A DNA stretch of 64,000 nucleotides from Balanoglossus misakiensis (Eukaryota; Animalia; Hemichordata): the NCBI GenBank assembly GCA_040954595.2, contig CM082589.2, positions 4,230,213 through 4,294,212 of the forward strand, read 5' to 3'. Within the stretch, counting starts at the first letter, position 1. Each line of letters starts with the position of its first letter. This document shows positions 34,934 through 49,616 of this stretch, piece by piece. The translations under genes and the position numbers were made by a program. Under the pieces are notes generated by a model. The model saw only the letters and a list, made by a program, of their open reading frames with translations, did not search any database and was not told where the DNA came from.

Positions 34934-37900
34934 AGACCAGCTAGGTAAATTCCTAATTTCCAAGGCGATGTGAAGTGACGTGCTCCTCCCAGGCAGTGTT
35001 GAGAAGTGGTCCTCGTGGTTTTTGTGAGAAGGCCTTGTATATGGGTGACCATCTGGTTATTACTAATATTTAAATGAACTAGTTGAAAAGGCAGGGTCCT
35101 TTGTTATGCAAAGAAAAGCTACCCCTCTCTCGACCAAGCAACTAAACAGGGTGTGTCGTAACAATGTAGAATAACATAAACCGTGTCTTAATAATAAATG
35201 GAAAAGGGCAGCGAGAGAGACTTTGTCCTGGGCCTTTAAGCTTATTCTACGGACCTTTTGCATATACGCAATAGCCTTTATTTCGTACGCAGTCAACGGC
35301 GACAAAGAAGTTTATCTTACATGCCATAGGAGATTGATGGAATTGTCCTTGATCTTTTAAAGTGCTAATCGACAGGACACATACCAACAATGTTTTACTT
35401 TAGAAAGCGATAACTATTACCTACTTGTACTGCGGGGCTTGCAGATACTAATCAAGGTTACACAGGAGAATCCACATTAGAATAAGAAGACTACCTGTAA
35501 GATTAATTGTCTAATATCAAAGTGGCACCCTGACGAGATCAGCGTCTGAATTATATGGCGTGTTTAGTTGTCGAATTCACAGGTTCTGAAACAGCACCGT
35601 GAACAAATATAGGAGGCACTTTCGATGTGTCAAATATACCACATTAGCGCCTGTAAATTGAATGCCACATGCATAGAACACCGACTAAAATACCGAAGAA
35701 AGGTTTTGGCTTTCGACCACAGAATGATAATATCGGGGGTTTGATATCTCTTTATTTTGATTATATTATTATTAAATATAAGAAAGCCACACCGCTGACC
35801 TGGTCAGCATCAATTATAAGTAGTATTAATCACAATTATGCAACTCTTAATTAATTACTTCCAGTTGTACATTGTTGAATCCATACTTCGCCACAGGCAA
35901 GGTTGACTGTGCCGAACTTAGAATGATACATGTCCGTCCACCGACCCAATTAGGCATGACTTTTGAGTATCATTAACGGCAGCTGTATGATATAATCATG
36001 CACGACGTATATTACACACGCAGGCAACGAGCCTCGCCACATTACGACACGCCGAAATGTTATCAGATAGGAGAGTGCGGGAAATTGCCGTGCATCAGCT
36101 GCGATATGACGGCTGGCCGTATAACACAGAAGAGAACAAGATTGGTAATAAAGCTCAGGAAACGGACGAGTGCTGTATCAATGGGATATGCGGTGTGAAA
36201 AGGCTGTATTCCTTTGACAGAAACAAGGAGGCCATTTCGTGTAATCTTTGGACGATAAACTCTGGATTTGTATCGTTACATCAGTCACCAATACACTGGG
36301 TGGATTTCTGAAGCGGGGCAGTGTAGCTCATATCTCTTAACTGTGATTCTAAATGGTATGCCAGCTACTCGCTGTGTTAACAAAAGGAAAGTGTAGTATT
36401 ATGGACTTTGTGTTATGTCATTCCAATGTTCCACGTGTATGCATTGTTTGTGACGTGTTTTGTTCTGTTTTGCTTATATTTTCTTTTTGGTCATAACATT
36501 GCAAATCACTGCGATCGCTGCTTATTTGCTGCAACATGGGATATTGAATAAAATGCAGCGTCGTATTGCGCGGAATTGCTGTCATTTCTCTCCGGTAGGA
36601 CAGGATGTACTTAGCGCCGGGCGAGGGAAGCGAAGTAATATCACCCTGCCGTGAAGATGCCACTAGAGAACAGAAAGCAACGTGTCAACACAGTTCACAG
36701 TGACGTCTGAAGCCACTGACTTCATTAGATGTCACTCTAACAGCCTGTTCTTGGGTTATGGGCAGACGCCATTCGGACGGCATGAAATGTCATTTTTCAT
36801 TCGCTCTTGATTGCCCGGCCGGGCCGAGATCGCTCTAGAAGCCAAATCGAATCAACCTGCAGCATTTACGGAAGTCCCATTGGACCGCGTTTTGTGGATT
36901 TGCAAAGTGGTACTAGGAAAGTTTAAATCAAAGCAGCCGTTTCTTGTTCCCTAGCCAAATGGGTCTGCGTAGGTGATGGGCAGCTATCGTGTTTCGTGTT
37001 GTTTTTTCTTAAACACACTGCGGCAAATTAGGAATCTCTAGGACAACAAGTTTTACCCAGACTGATACAGCGTGGTCACGTCACGATGCTATCAACGACG
37101 GTGAGGTAATGTTGTAGATTGAAGACTGCCATACACGGTTGATGTCGGATCTAAGAACCCACCTCGTTTACTTCTCCCGTTCCAGCTACATACATACACT
37201 TGCATGCATACATGTACATATAGGATCATGTCATACAACCTCATTAGTGAATATGATTCTGATATACTTTTAGTGATATTTTTATTTTCATTCCAAGTGA
37301 ATCTATGATGATTATATGCATACCCCAAAGGCAAAGCCGGTTCTATATATGGAAACCGTGTCTTAGAATTTTGAAGTTGGATGACTTTGTGTGTAAATAT
37401 AACAAAGACTACACTTTGTTAGTATTTTGTGCATGATTCCCAATTTCGGTTCCCATGACAGACTCGATATTCTACCTGGTATGGTCCCATTTGTTCGGCA
37501 GAATTGATTTGATTTCTTCAATCATTTCATGCGATTAATATGTTTACGATATGGATGACTTGAAAATGTCCAGAAGTACTCATCGTGGACCAGATTTAAT
37601 GGGTATTTGATCCATCTTTTATCAAATTTATCCAGTCAAATCGTCGGTCGGCGCATTTGAAGATTTTCAACCGCAGATTCATCTTTTTAATCGTTCCTAC
37701 TTCACGGCATATTTCATGTCTGGATGACGGCAGTGTAAAATTATGTCAGTCTAAGCTTCTTTTGCTGCGGCGTTTTCAATTAGGGACTTACGCTTTGCGA
37801 TACAATGGCCGGGCGCTGTGCGGGCACCGGAAACGCGTCATCATACAGACAATTCTCCCATGAGGCATTGCGTCATAGAATGGAGGGCATTCTTGTCCAC

Positions 37901-40900
37901 TGGAGAATAAAACATGTTTGGTTTATAATTCATTACCGACGAGACCTTGGCGAGAGTAATTTCGAGTCGAGATTCTCTGCCAAATGCCCCATCATTGTAA
38001 ATACGACCTTCTCCAATCTTAATTTACAAAACTCATCTTGTTGCGTCAGAGCGTGTGACCACTGCGTCGCACTCCAAGTCAACATCGACAGACATCAACA
38101 AAAGAAAGAAACCTCAAAACCCATCTCCGTATAATTCTTCCAATCTTGTTAGCATGCTCCGTCGTTTCAATTTCATGACGTTAGCTTATTTGCGATCATC
38201 CGTTGGGAATTATAAGGTCAAACGGCGTCGCGATATAAGGTCTGTGCGTACTGGTACTTGACAACAGAATATTGATTAAGTTACTGCACTCCACTATGCC
38301 TGTCACCAGTTCATATCTTTTATGGAAATCATTCGCTTAAATGTTCACTAGATCAATAAAACTTTGAATTTATGCATTTATGTCGGTCGGTGTTGCCATT
38401 GAGACAAAAACGGAAAATCATAAAAGTTATCGATTGGTTCTTGCTCGAGATTTTTTCATTACATTAATGGCCCAGGTGTTGGCAGTACTTTTCCAGAAGT
38501 TCAATGCTAGTATAGTTCGTAGCTTTGTAGATTTTTAGGGTAGTCATCGTTTTGAGGGGACAAGATAGTATGTCTCATTAGATTCAAATTTTGCCTAAAG
38601 TTTACATTTAATCTTCGTTATTTGCACAATTTGTCAGTGTATAGCGTAAGAGAGCTATTTAGGAATACTGAGTATACTTGACGAGTATCAGGTTAAACCC
38701 TACGGTTGAATTCATGACGTACACGGTGATAGCTAAATGTAGAATGTTTGAAGATTATGTCTGGAGTTTCACCATTGGCATTTGCATCTCAACAACCCCG
38801 GTCATGGATCAGCAAATTTATTTGAAGTAAATAAACCCACAGAGAGACTTTAGATCGAAGGGTAATCACTTACTAAACACTCTGGGATCTACAGCAGGCA
38901 ATATGTCTCACCTCTCGTTTGTTAATATCAGTCTGTACTTATAAATGCATTAATAACACATTTGCAGTATTAAGAGGTTGATAAACGGGAAAACGACATT
39001 TGCCAACTGATACAGAATCGTCTGTCTTCATGTTAGAGGTAAATATTCGCGCTTCATTGGTTGAATACCTATCTCATTATCATAAATCTGTCTGATTTAC
39101 TATCGTACCAGACGCTTCAACATCACCACATGTTTTGTTATGTACGTTGTATAATGCAGACATTTAGGGAAGCGAGAGTCCCTCGAATTTTTTCCTCTTT
39201 CGTTGAAACATCGATCCACGAATTTGCGCGGTGACGCCCGATTACTTTCCTTTGATTGAAAAGAAAATAGTGCAAAATAATGTTTTCAAATGATCCCTTC
39301 GTCCTGAATTCAGGCGATCTTCTCGTTTTTACACAACTAGGCAAGATTGGAAAACAGTTTTCTTAAATATACGTCATTATAACCAGCTACGGCTACAATT
39401 ATTAGAATTCTAGATTTAGAGACTAGTGCACGTACAGTGAAAGCATTGCAGCGGAATTCAATTTAAAATTGAGGAAACTAACCGATTCCTTGTTTGGATT
39501 CAGTGAGCATTTTGATTAAAGATACAAACTATTGGCGTGTCATTTACCATGTGACTTAACTCGGCCACAATACAATACTACAGTCTTATATTCAAGGAAT
39601 GTTCGCTACGCTTGAGGCTTCGTGTGAATGTAATCGTTCTGAACAACGGTACTTCCTTTTAGACTCGTAGAAAGAACACACACAGTGGCTAAAGTTGGTT
39701 TACAGTCCAGTTATAGACAAAGCATTACATACGTGAGTTTTCTCGCTTTTTGTTTTTTTCAAGGCTTAAACGCGCAATCCTTTGCGGACTGGTCGTTTGG
39801 CAACCTATGACATCATTCGGAAGTTTTCTCCCGAGCAGGGATCGATGGGGTTAATGGAACAAACCCGGAAAATCAAAGGTTGATGTATAGTCTCGCGGAA
39901 TAACCATCGTTCATTAGCAGTGCGCGTCAGATTAAATTGTCCACAAACGCACGCAGGAATTATTCTGCAATTTCATTATGCATAATATCCTTCAGGGTTT
40001 TCTTGGCAATTTCACTTACGCACCTATCTATTAAAACTGCATATAACCCCATATCGGTGTACACTATACAATCGGTGTATAGTGAGTGTATCGACTTTTG
40101 GAGGTGATCGCCTTCGTTCAGGGACGAATATCTATCGCCTGCCAGGGTCTCTTTGCTCTCGTCGAAAATTAGAGTCGAGCTGACGACGATGATTTTCTCA
40201 CGCGCAACAATGACCCGATAGAGGATTCACGTTGTCATGGAGAAATAAAAGTTCTACGCTGGCTGTGAGGGGACTCTGGCAGCCATTTTGAATCTCAACT
40301 CATCAAACGACAGCCAAATCCTATTTCATCTGAACCGTCCATTGTAAGTGGATCATCCGCTCGTTTGTTTGTTTTTGCGAACTCTTATTGTGCTCCGAGC
40401 AAAACATGATTTGGGACTGTGTATTACCTTTAAATTCAGCAATATTAATGTACGTGATGTTGCTGTACTTTATCGGATAAATTTTATCTTGCCCGTACGC
40501 TTCTTTATGGAAACAAAACTGTTGATATCGACGTCGTCACATCGTTCGACCTTAGAACCATCTGGTCCAGGGTATAATTAAAAACATTGTCAAAATGTGC
40601 TGGTCATGTTTCTTTTATTAGACTATAGCTAAATTCACACGTCTGTGCTGTTTACATGACGTCTGTCCCCGTCTCTCACTCTTTATCAACAGACGCAGAG
40701 ATTTCACGTGATTCTGCTGAGCCTGGTTTTGTCAAAGCTGTCGCGTACAATTTTGGACAAGATCCAACGGCCAACGTGTATACTGTTTATATTACCAAGC
40801 GACGTCGACATAACCTCTGAATTATAGGTTATCGTGCGGATTGATATAAATCAATTCAAAGCTGCCATCTTTAAGTTATTGCTCGGTTCATGCTCCGTTA

Positions 40901-43275
40901 AATGTTTCATTTTGTCTTACTCACTCGCCTAATTTCTTCATTTGAAACTCACTGGCGCGCGGCAAGAGTATGTACAATAATTTCTGTCACTGACAGCAAA
41001 ATTATGAACGCTCTATTTCCAACAGCTTATCCGAATGGTTTAACATATGTGTACACATGCCTGTAATCCGATTTCAACCGAAAATTTTAATAATTCTTTA
41101 CTGTATGATAGTAGGCCTGCCAGTTCCGTAGCTTTTAAATTTGAGACTGTCTGTTCTAAATTCAGTTAATTTATAATAAGCTCCCTGAAAGTTAATTTAT
41201 TTAATTGATCTATTGATAAAATAAATAATTACCTGTCTGCAAATATGACCTAGCGCCATTCAACTATTATTATACTAATTTTGTTTGCTGTCGAATGTCA
41301 TTTAACACGACAGGTCTTTAAACCCATACATATAAGTCGCTCAACATGATTATCAATTCAAAAAGCCGCCATTATTAGTAATAACGTGTAGTCATATAAT
41401 TGGGTAAATTGACATTCCTATGCATGTATTTTCACTCTCTGATTTTTCCCGGTACTAGATTGCTTGGCGTTAGTTGTGTATCACGTTCGATGTTCGGATT
41501 GAATAGAAGGGACAATCGATCGATCTCCAAGTGCCTGTGTGTCGCCATGGCAACGGCATACACGCGGCGACGCCGGTGGTTTTCCCCCACTCCGTCCACA
41601 CGGACGACGACAATGAAGGAATCAGAGTTTTCATCGGAGTGCGCCGAGACGTCACAATGGCTCGCTGCGGTTGTCGTTCGCCACCAGAAGGGGTGAATAT
41701 CGATCAGGTGATATACGCCGCTTCTTGCTTTGCAACGGTTTGACGCCTATTAGCCCACGCTGTATCGCCGGCGGGGAAAAGGTAATTGGCTATAACTGGA
41801 AGATACTGGGAAGTAAAAATATCCTTCAAGAAAGCTGTCTGTGCCCGAGCAACGTACGTTGACCTTTGCACAGTCAAGAAACCGCAATTCCAAAGTAATA
41901 GTGACAATGATGTTTTTTTCATTATTTATCAATTATAGAAGTTTCATATAAATGGCGTATATATATGGCGTTGTATTGTGCCATTTGTCTAAGATTAAAA
42001 GGCGTGCCTGCAGTAGAATTCGAAGAAGGTGATAATGAAAAAAGTTTTGGTTCTTAAACGTGTCTTTGACGCCTACAGGCAAACCAGAGGGGGTAAGGCC
42101 AAAGGCAGAAGCGGTCAAAGTGTGCCACCATTGTTTATACATGCCGAAAGAAAATGTTTTGTTACGATGACGTCACGCCGGCTGTTGCTGCGTTCAAGCG
42201 CTACAAAAAGAGGGGGGTAATAAATAACCAACGACTATGGTGAAAATCAGATGTTGTACAGCAACAGCGTGCCGACAGAAAAGTCATTATCAACAATAAT
42301 TCAAATGCTGACAAGATTCATTCGCCGCCATTGTCAGCAGATGGGGTTCGACTGAGCAACCGATGATTGAATAGTCGTCACCATAATTGGTAATTAGCTA
42401 CTGAACGCGTAATCAGCCTGCAATAATGACTATCTTTGCAAATTGTAATTATGTGATGATTAGAGGGCAGAATGGGTCCATAATCTCCCCAATAATCAAA
42501 TTAGTCAATTTATGTGCTTATATATTCCACTAGATACATATACGTCGCTGCCCAACCTTTTACGACCTGAGACGACGATAACAGTCGTAGCGTATTACCG
42601 CGTGCGCCATACCTGAAGATGGACTCCAAGAAAATAAAACACAGCGTCTCGTTAACGCCCTTATGACTGAAGTACTCGAAAAAAACATAAATGATGGTAA
42701 TAAATAACTTACAAATAGCAACATTGGTATCAGCTTATCAATGACTTGTACATTCATTAGAGAGATTGGCCATACACGCTTGATAAACCCTACAAGTATG
42801 TGTCTTGCCGCGATGTTGGTCGCGTTATACCAAACTGTGACATTAAACTAAATACACGACTTGCAAAAACGGTGGCTCGTTTTCTTCGTCTGTCAACGTA
42901 ATTAAAATAAATATTAGCTTAAGGTCCTAGTTTACGGAACATCATTTCGTTGTTTTTGTAATTGGATTTCGAGCCCGGAGGGAATGTAATGAATGAGTAA
43001 CCGAGTGTCTCTGACATTCTGTAGAACAAATTTTCCATCAGTTGAAAAAATAGTTAACGAACGGTTTCCCGATCAGGCGAGGGTCCATTGAATACGTGTG
43101 TACAGGGATTCTATTGTGAGCAGTGAATAAAGTTGGTATAGCCTATGTAATTTTGTTGAGTACTCTACGTGAGGCCTTGTATCATTCTATGTCACTGTCT
43201 GTCTTGGCCAATGTTGTGAAGGACTGAGAATGTTGCCATCTGTAATATGGTGGTACAGTGATAGGCGAGGTGCGC

Positions 43276-43293
43276 GGGGGGGGGGGGGGGGGG
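43276..43293. repeat. G18 homopolymer
   Basis: Read directly from the sequence. Confidence 0.9.
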
Positions 43294-46200
43294 CTACGTG
43301 ATAAGAGGGTGGCGGGTTCACGCTGTTTTCAAAAGAGAACAGTGTTCCCAAGGGGCAAGAGTGTCCGCAAACCGGGCCCTGCTGATTCAAGCAGAGTAGT
43401 TGGCAAACAGTTCAGGGGGTATCTTCAAACGCCAGCAATAATAACGGGTGCCCGCTACTAGAAATGATAATCAAAAAAGGAAGCGATTTTACCTTGACTC
43501 TGCGGCGGTAGTCAGTCGGTCCTGTCGGACTCAGACCATTCAGAACCGGGAGTTTTCCCGTGCACGGCCTGTTACCGAAATTCTTCACTTATGAATCTCT
43601 CGGCGTGTTGAGCGTGTCGCTACGCCGCACTCGGGGTGCTATACTGCAGTATTCAGTCGCGGGGACCCGGAGAATCTGATATTCCCTCCCGGCGATGATT
43701 TCGTTCGAACTGTGCGGGGTACGAGAACATCTGGCGAAGAGCTGCTCTGCTGGCAGCGATGTCAAAGAACGAACGTCGCTGCACCAAAGCGTCAAATCTT
43801 TCGGGCACAGAAATGCTGGGCGCCAGCAGGCGGCAAGGTTACCGATTCACCTCTCGCGGACGTCACGCTTCGGATACCCTATACGCTAAAATGTTGAAGT
43901 GATTGGTTGTAAAAAGTCGTCACGATTTCTAACTCCTCTGCCGCACTCCTCTTAATATATATACCTCCCCCTAAGTTGTGAGAACGAGAATATCAAGAAT
44001 CGTCTTTAGCTAATGCGTCTGTCTCTTACTTCTGATGGATGTGACCATCGCAAGATAGGGAGGGGGAGAAAGCGACAGAAAAATGCCACTGTGCGATCAA
44101 TCAGGCACAACCTCACCTATAAACAAAACTCATTCCCCTTTCTGTCAAAAATGGTCCATTCCAAGCGCATTGGCTCCATGCTCTTAAAAACAGCATTACA
44201 TCACAATATTAAACATATTCATGTACGTCAACAACTTATTTTTAGTGGGTATGAATATCCCTAAACAACATCCTGTCTACGATATATTTTGCCATGGTTT
44301 TGCGCGTCTAATGGTTGTTCCACCTCAACACATTGCCTGCATAATGATTCGTGTGCGTCACCATCAACACGTCATAATTAACACGTCATGAATCAATACC
44401 TTTATTAGGGGTCACGAAAATGATCTATAGTGGCCGAATTTAGACCGTTTATTGGAGTTATTGGGTATGATGTTGGCAGATGATTGTGGGAACAGGGTAA
44501 ATGGTCTGCCAGGGACATGGTGAGTTCCATAAACAGAAGTCCGCTTACGGTGACACGTTAAACTTTGTTTAAGTATGCATTGTTTAGTTTCGTGTACTTG
44601 TTATGAAAATTATTGTACTTGAGAGGATTCGCTGAAATAAACGGTATGTCAACAGCGAGCTTGGAAGCAGGGTCGACGGCATGGATCGTGTTCACGTCGC
44701 GGAGTATCCCAGTCGGGCATCAGAAGCGTTTCGTAGTCCTTTAGCTGAGGGCCAGCCAGTGCACATTTTTCTCTACATTTGCATGGCCCAGTCTCGCCGT
44801 TTCCGCAGCTGTGCTTCGCGGTAGCCTAACCCAAACGGCATAATTCAATAATAGTTGGGTGGGATTATGGCATAAGTACTTCTCTGGTTGCTAGACGCAA
44901 TCCTGTTAATTTTTCGTCGCGTAGACACGAATGTGCCATATTGAGATTGCGGTTGCGTTCTTTGTTGGAGTGTGTCACATCGCAAATGCTAATACATGTA
45001 TCACCGCCGAGCCTCACGTTTTCCCCGGCACACGTGTGCATGCGTCCCGGTGTATATGCATTTCTCGCCGGGGCGGTTCAGATCGTTAAGCTGGCACCGG
45101 CCTTTGACCAATTATAAGAAAAAATCATTCCATGTTTTACTGTTCGGAACGCTTATGGCATGGAAACTTGTCGTAAAAAAGTTGGTCATTTGTAATAAGA
45201 CCGTAAAGGAATTACTGGTGGTTTTTGCGTACAATGGCAGTTTTATGTACCATATAAATAACTCGGTGCGATTAGACTGCTATAATTTACTGCGAATATG
45301 CCTGGTCATGCTCGATGATTTCGTCTGAGGTTATCGCTACCCCTCATCAAAAGAAATTCATTGTAATGGTTCAAATTCATAAATAACATTGCAAGAAGCT
45401 AAGGCGCGCATCTTGATGTTTTACGGTGTGCAAGGCCGTGTCAACGCTTTCTGGTAATAATGTCCACAGCAGCGTTTAAAGCCCCCGACGCCAATTGCAG
45501 GAAATTCATGTCCTTGTAGATTAGACAGAATATGAGAAAACATATTTCACCCGAGGCAGGGGACGAGGAACAGTGATGACTTATCATAACGTACCCGTTT
45601 ACGGTTCACTAATTTACTTCCTTGAAAAAACGCTGCAAACTTTTTTCTTCGGGGGTTATGTCAGAGTACAGTGTACAAGAGTTCAAAGGATTTTACAATT
45701 ATTGGACATTCTTTGTTTCCAGTGAAATTCATGTCGGGGACAAATGAGCAAAGAAACAAGACAAGTACACCAAATGCACAGTCAACGCCGAGGTAACCTC
45801 TTCCATGATCAAGTCCCTCGAAGTCAATTACGGAATTGCTCGATTATTATCATTTTGTTTTCGTGAGAAAGGTCGGTTTCTATCACAGATGATGCCTGCA
45901 ATTAACTCTGTTGATAGCTTAAGAAGCCATCTGTAGCATCAAAGCGAATGGTGACATTCAATTAGATAGCCAATAAGCCCAGAAGGTCACCGGGGGGCGC
46001 GCTGAACTTTAATGACGATTGTATCCTTGAGTAACCTAACTGCCTTCCCGGACATATAAAGGGAATGTGGTAATTATCCGCCCCCGTGTGATCAAAACAA
46101 CTGTTATGCGACATTAGATGGTGTATTAGTTGTAAAAGTTTAATGCGGCATTGAGTGAAAGGGTAGCTCTCATTAGATCTCATGAATAAGAAACGACGTT

Positions 46201-46990
46201 ACCAAAAGGGGGCGATCGTACATCAATGGGTATAGTGGACTACCCATGATGCAGTGCACGGTTTTCACGTTACATAACCTTACATGTAGAATTTTTGAGA
46301 AAACAGTGTTGCAATATTGTCTTTTTCTTGAAATGTTCACAAAAGTTGCCAAGAGAGAATTATTATTAAATGATATAAAGAAAACACTATGTGTTTTGTC
46401 AGTACACCCATGCTGCATTGACGTTGGTTTTACTTTTAATGCTAAGCTTATCCTTGACTTGACCCTCGATCGATTTAGACTTAACCACGGCAAGGTAAAT
46501 TAGTGGGGAGTGATGCTTATTTACTAAATCTGTCCTGAACATGTGAAATAACATTAAGATATACAGAATTTTGTGAGCAGACTGGTGTAGTATGACCTTG
46601 CTCGGGAAACACAATCACACCGTAATGGAAAGGGTATAGCCACTTGGGCTTCAATGAAAACAACACGCCCGCCTGGTTGAGTTTCTGTTGCATTCTATTC
46701 TTGGGATGTATATGTCTTCACGTTGTCTGTTTTATAGCCTGTTGTTACCCAAGTTTTGCCCCCAACGTCACAGTTGGATGGCTCTCGTATGATGACAACA
46801 TTACGTGTGGTCTTTTTGGAGTCTGGCAACAAGAAGGCACTCTTGGCTCTGGTATATAAAAAGTGAAAGGTCCCAACCAGTCGTGCACAAGATGTCTGCC
46901 ACAAAGGATGCCACGTTATCCGTTTTACATAAAAATGCAAGGTTTTGGCCGGTCAAACTATTGCCCTTTAAGAACATTGTATTTGGGGCA

Positions 46991-47047
46991 TCTCTCCCTC
47001 CCCTCCCCTCGCCCCTCCCCTCCCTCTCCAAATCTCTCCCTCTCCCG
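46991..47047. repeat. (CCCCT)n-like pyrimidine tract; G-quadruplex-capable on the minus strand
   Basis: At least four runs of 3 or more C separated by 1-3 nt. Confidence 0.7.
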
Positions 47048-49539
47048 TCTATCTCATCATTGGCAACGACTTGTTGTGACCAAGTCACTAGACTTAATAG
47101 ACTTTTGATGACCAAAGCTTCGTGCACACAATCTCGCTTTATTTCCTTGATAGCCGTCGCATCTGTTGATGATAGGATCAAAATAACCTTGAAAGCCGAC
47201 GGATAACTGATTTTATATTCACAATTAAATTGCTTCCTTTGTCGCGTGTAGTCGGCGTCTGCTACAGACCTCTATCACGTGATGGGGGTTACCATAGAAA
47301 TGCACACGACTCTACCTCTGACGCCCAGCGGCTTCACCTCGATTACTTGTCAGATAAATTTGATTACTTCGCGCGATGCTGCTATAATCGCTTTTCCCTG
47401 GTACACACCGAAAGCGTGGGTACTACAGGCTTGAACATGTATCGCGCAATGTACATTATATAAAGGTCCGTTGTCGAGGGAACTTTCGAAATAAGGGAAC
47501 AGGGAAACCGCGTCAGAAATACCAAAATGCCACAAAGCCGATTCACTCACTTAGAGTTTTCATTTGCTTTTTGCATAAATTGCCCCTGGAAAGATATAAT
47601 AAGAATACGACTCCAACCTTCAAATGAAGAAAACGACATTGGTTTGCCAATCGAAATTCGTCCTCTTGTGAGCAATTTGCACGACTAAGCAAAAAGTAAG
47701 GAGACCAACCTTATACACAGTGAACCAAAAATAGCCCAGGGTATCTTCGTTGATTTACCAATTTTGGCATTTTTTTGTTATTTATACGGCCAAAATTGCC
47801 GTCGTTCAGAAAGCACACTTTGGTTCGGTGTCTCTAAGCGATTACCTGTAATCCAGCTTACAGAAAGCCTATAGCTGCGACATATACGACTGTAACTCAA
47901 CAATTGGCGACACATTTCCTTTCACCTTTCGGGATATAACGACAAGCAAAGGAGAGCTCAATTTGAACTTTGATATATTACAGTGACTACACCAAACTGT
48001 TTGACATGAAAGAAGTTGCATATTGCATTCATTCTCGCAAGAGAGGAACATACATCTAGATTATGAAAATTCCCTCTTTCGGCCTCTGACCTATCCCCCC
48101 CACACACACACCACCTTCGATTGTTTACACGTGCAAACTCGTGCTCCACAATGAAAGGGTCGACAATTAATTGTTTAATGAGCAAAGTAGTTATCTTGCT
48201 CTAATTAAGGACAGTCCTTGGGTGATCGTACCAAACAATGTGACCATAAAAAGTTGCTGGTATGCAAAATCCTTCACACCTAATCAAATGTAGTTCATAC
48301 CCCCTTGGGTAAATGCGTACTACCTAATGGTTGCGATGAATCGGAGCACTACGTGCTTGAACTTTGGGAGACTCGTGTCTCCCTCATGTTATCCAAAGCT
48401 CCTATTCTAACCTATAACCGCGTCGGTAGCTGCTACGCATCGATGTATTATTCCCCAACCATGGCTGCAGGTTTTAGGAACAAATATTTCCAACAAAAAA
48501 TTGGAATAAGCTCACATGATTAAAAAAGCCTACGGAGCAAGATCTCACCCAAAGCGTCGCCTCCACCCCGCCCTCATTCATACAGACACGATGTCTACTG
48601 CCCTTAGCAATACCAAGCTATCGAATCTGTTACTCGCGGAACCGTGACTCAATAATCAGAGCGGTACATGGTTAAAGTAATTCCACTGATTAACTGTTGC
48701 ATTTCTATTTATTGGATCTGTCGAATTGGCAAAATTAATTCATTAGTATTCAATCCAATATATATTGTCTTATCAACCTTGGTTAACAGGTGAATCAATT
48801 TAGTTTTTAAGGATGTATCTGCTTACTATGCATCGTGTTAATAAAATACGGATTATCAAATGAAGAATTTCAAAGTCAAATTCTACGAAGTCTAGGTTGA
48901 ATAGAAACTCACTTAAGGGGACTCATTTATTGATGTATACTAAATTGATTTCAATAAACTTATGAATAAATGAACGGGAAATACTGCCTATATATCAAAT
49001 TCATACAGCGGCCAATTTCACAATGAGTGGGTCGAAATGCTAGAAGTAAACGCTTTTCAATTTCAAGGTCAATTAGTTCTTTCTGATTCAGGTGGTTCAA
49101 ACCGCATAGCAACACCTCGATAAGCTTTTATCAAGGGCAATGAAGCGGCGTCGCCAACTTTGAAAAATCAGGGACGTGAGAGTAATGGTTGCGCGGTTTG
49201 GATAACAACGCGTGCTATCATAATGAATTAAGTTTGTTCCGCCTGGAAGGCGACCATCTTAGAATTTATGAAAGGCCACAATAGCTATTAACTTTTCTTT
49301 ATTATTATTATGCGCATTGAAATGCAATTGTTTGTATCACGTAAGCGTTAATCACGCGTGTGAGCGAGAAATATTGCAGCTGAAATCAAATGTGGCGTAA
49401 AGAAAGGGAGACGCCTCATTTCCACATTTCCAGAGCAATTGCTAGACTTCCCACGGTTACTCTGGGCAAACGCACAGTAAAGTGTGGGTTTTTCACACAA
49501 GAAGCCTTAACTTATGTAGACCTCATCAATATATAACTG

Positions 49540-49616
49540 CATACACACATACACATGCGTACGTGCGTACGCACGCACGCACACACGCAGACAGACAGAC
49601 AGACAGACAGACAGAC
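49540..49616. repeat. Compound microsatellite (CA/CGCA followed by ~7x CAGA)
   Basis: Read directly from the sequence. Confidence 0.85.

Noticed and set aside
36460-36654. ORF resembling a neuropeptide precursor (hydrophobic N-terminus, CC, GRGKR), tempting as a linked orexin-like ligand
   Set aside because: It starts at TTG with an in-frame TGA at 36451, and no ATG precedes the hydrophobic stretch, which simply reflects a T-rich tract. It lacks the multi-cysteine pattern and C-terminal LTxG-KR-like motif of orexin-type peptides. RNA-seq coverage would be needed to reconsider.
40062-40084. Perfect 9-bp hairpin CACTATACA-ATCGG-TGTATAGTG
   Set aside because: A stem this short is expected by chance in a window of this size and has no supporting context.
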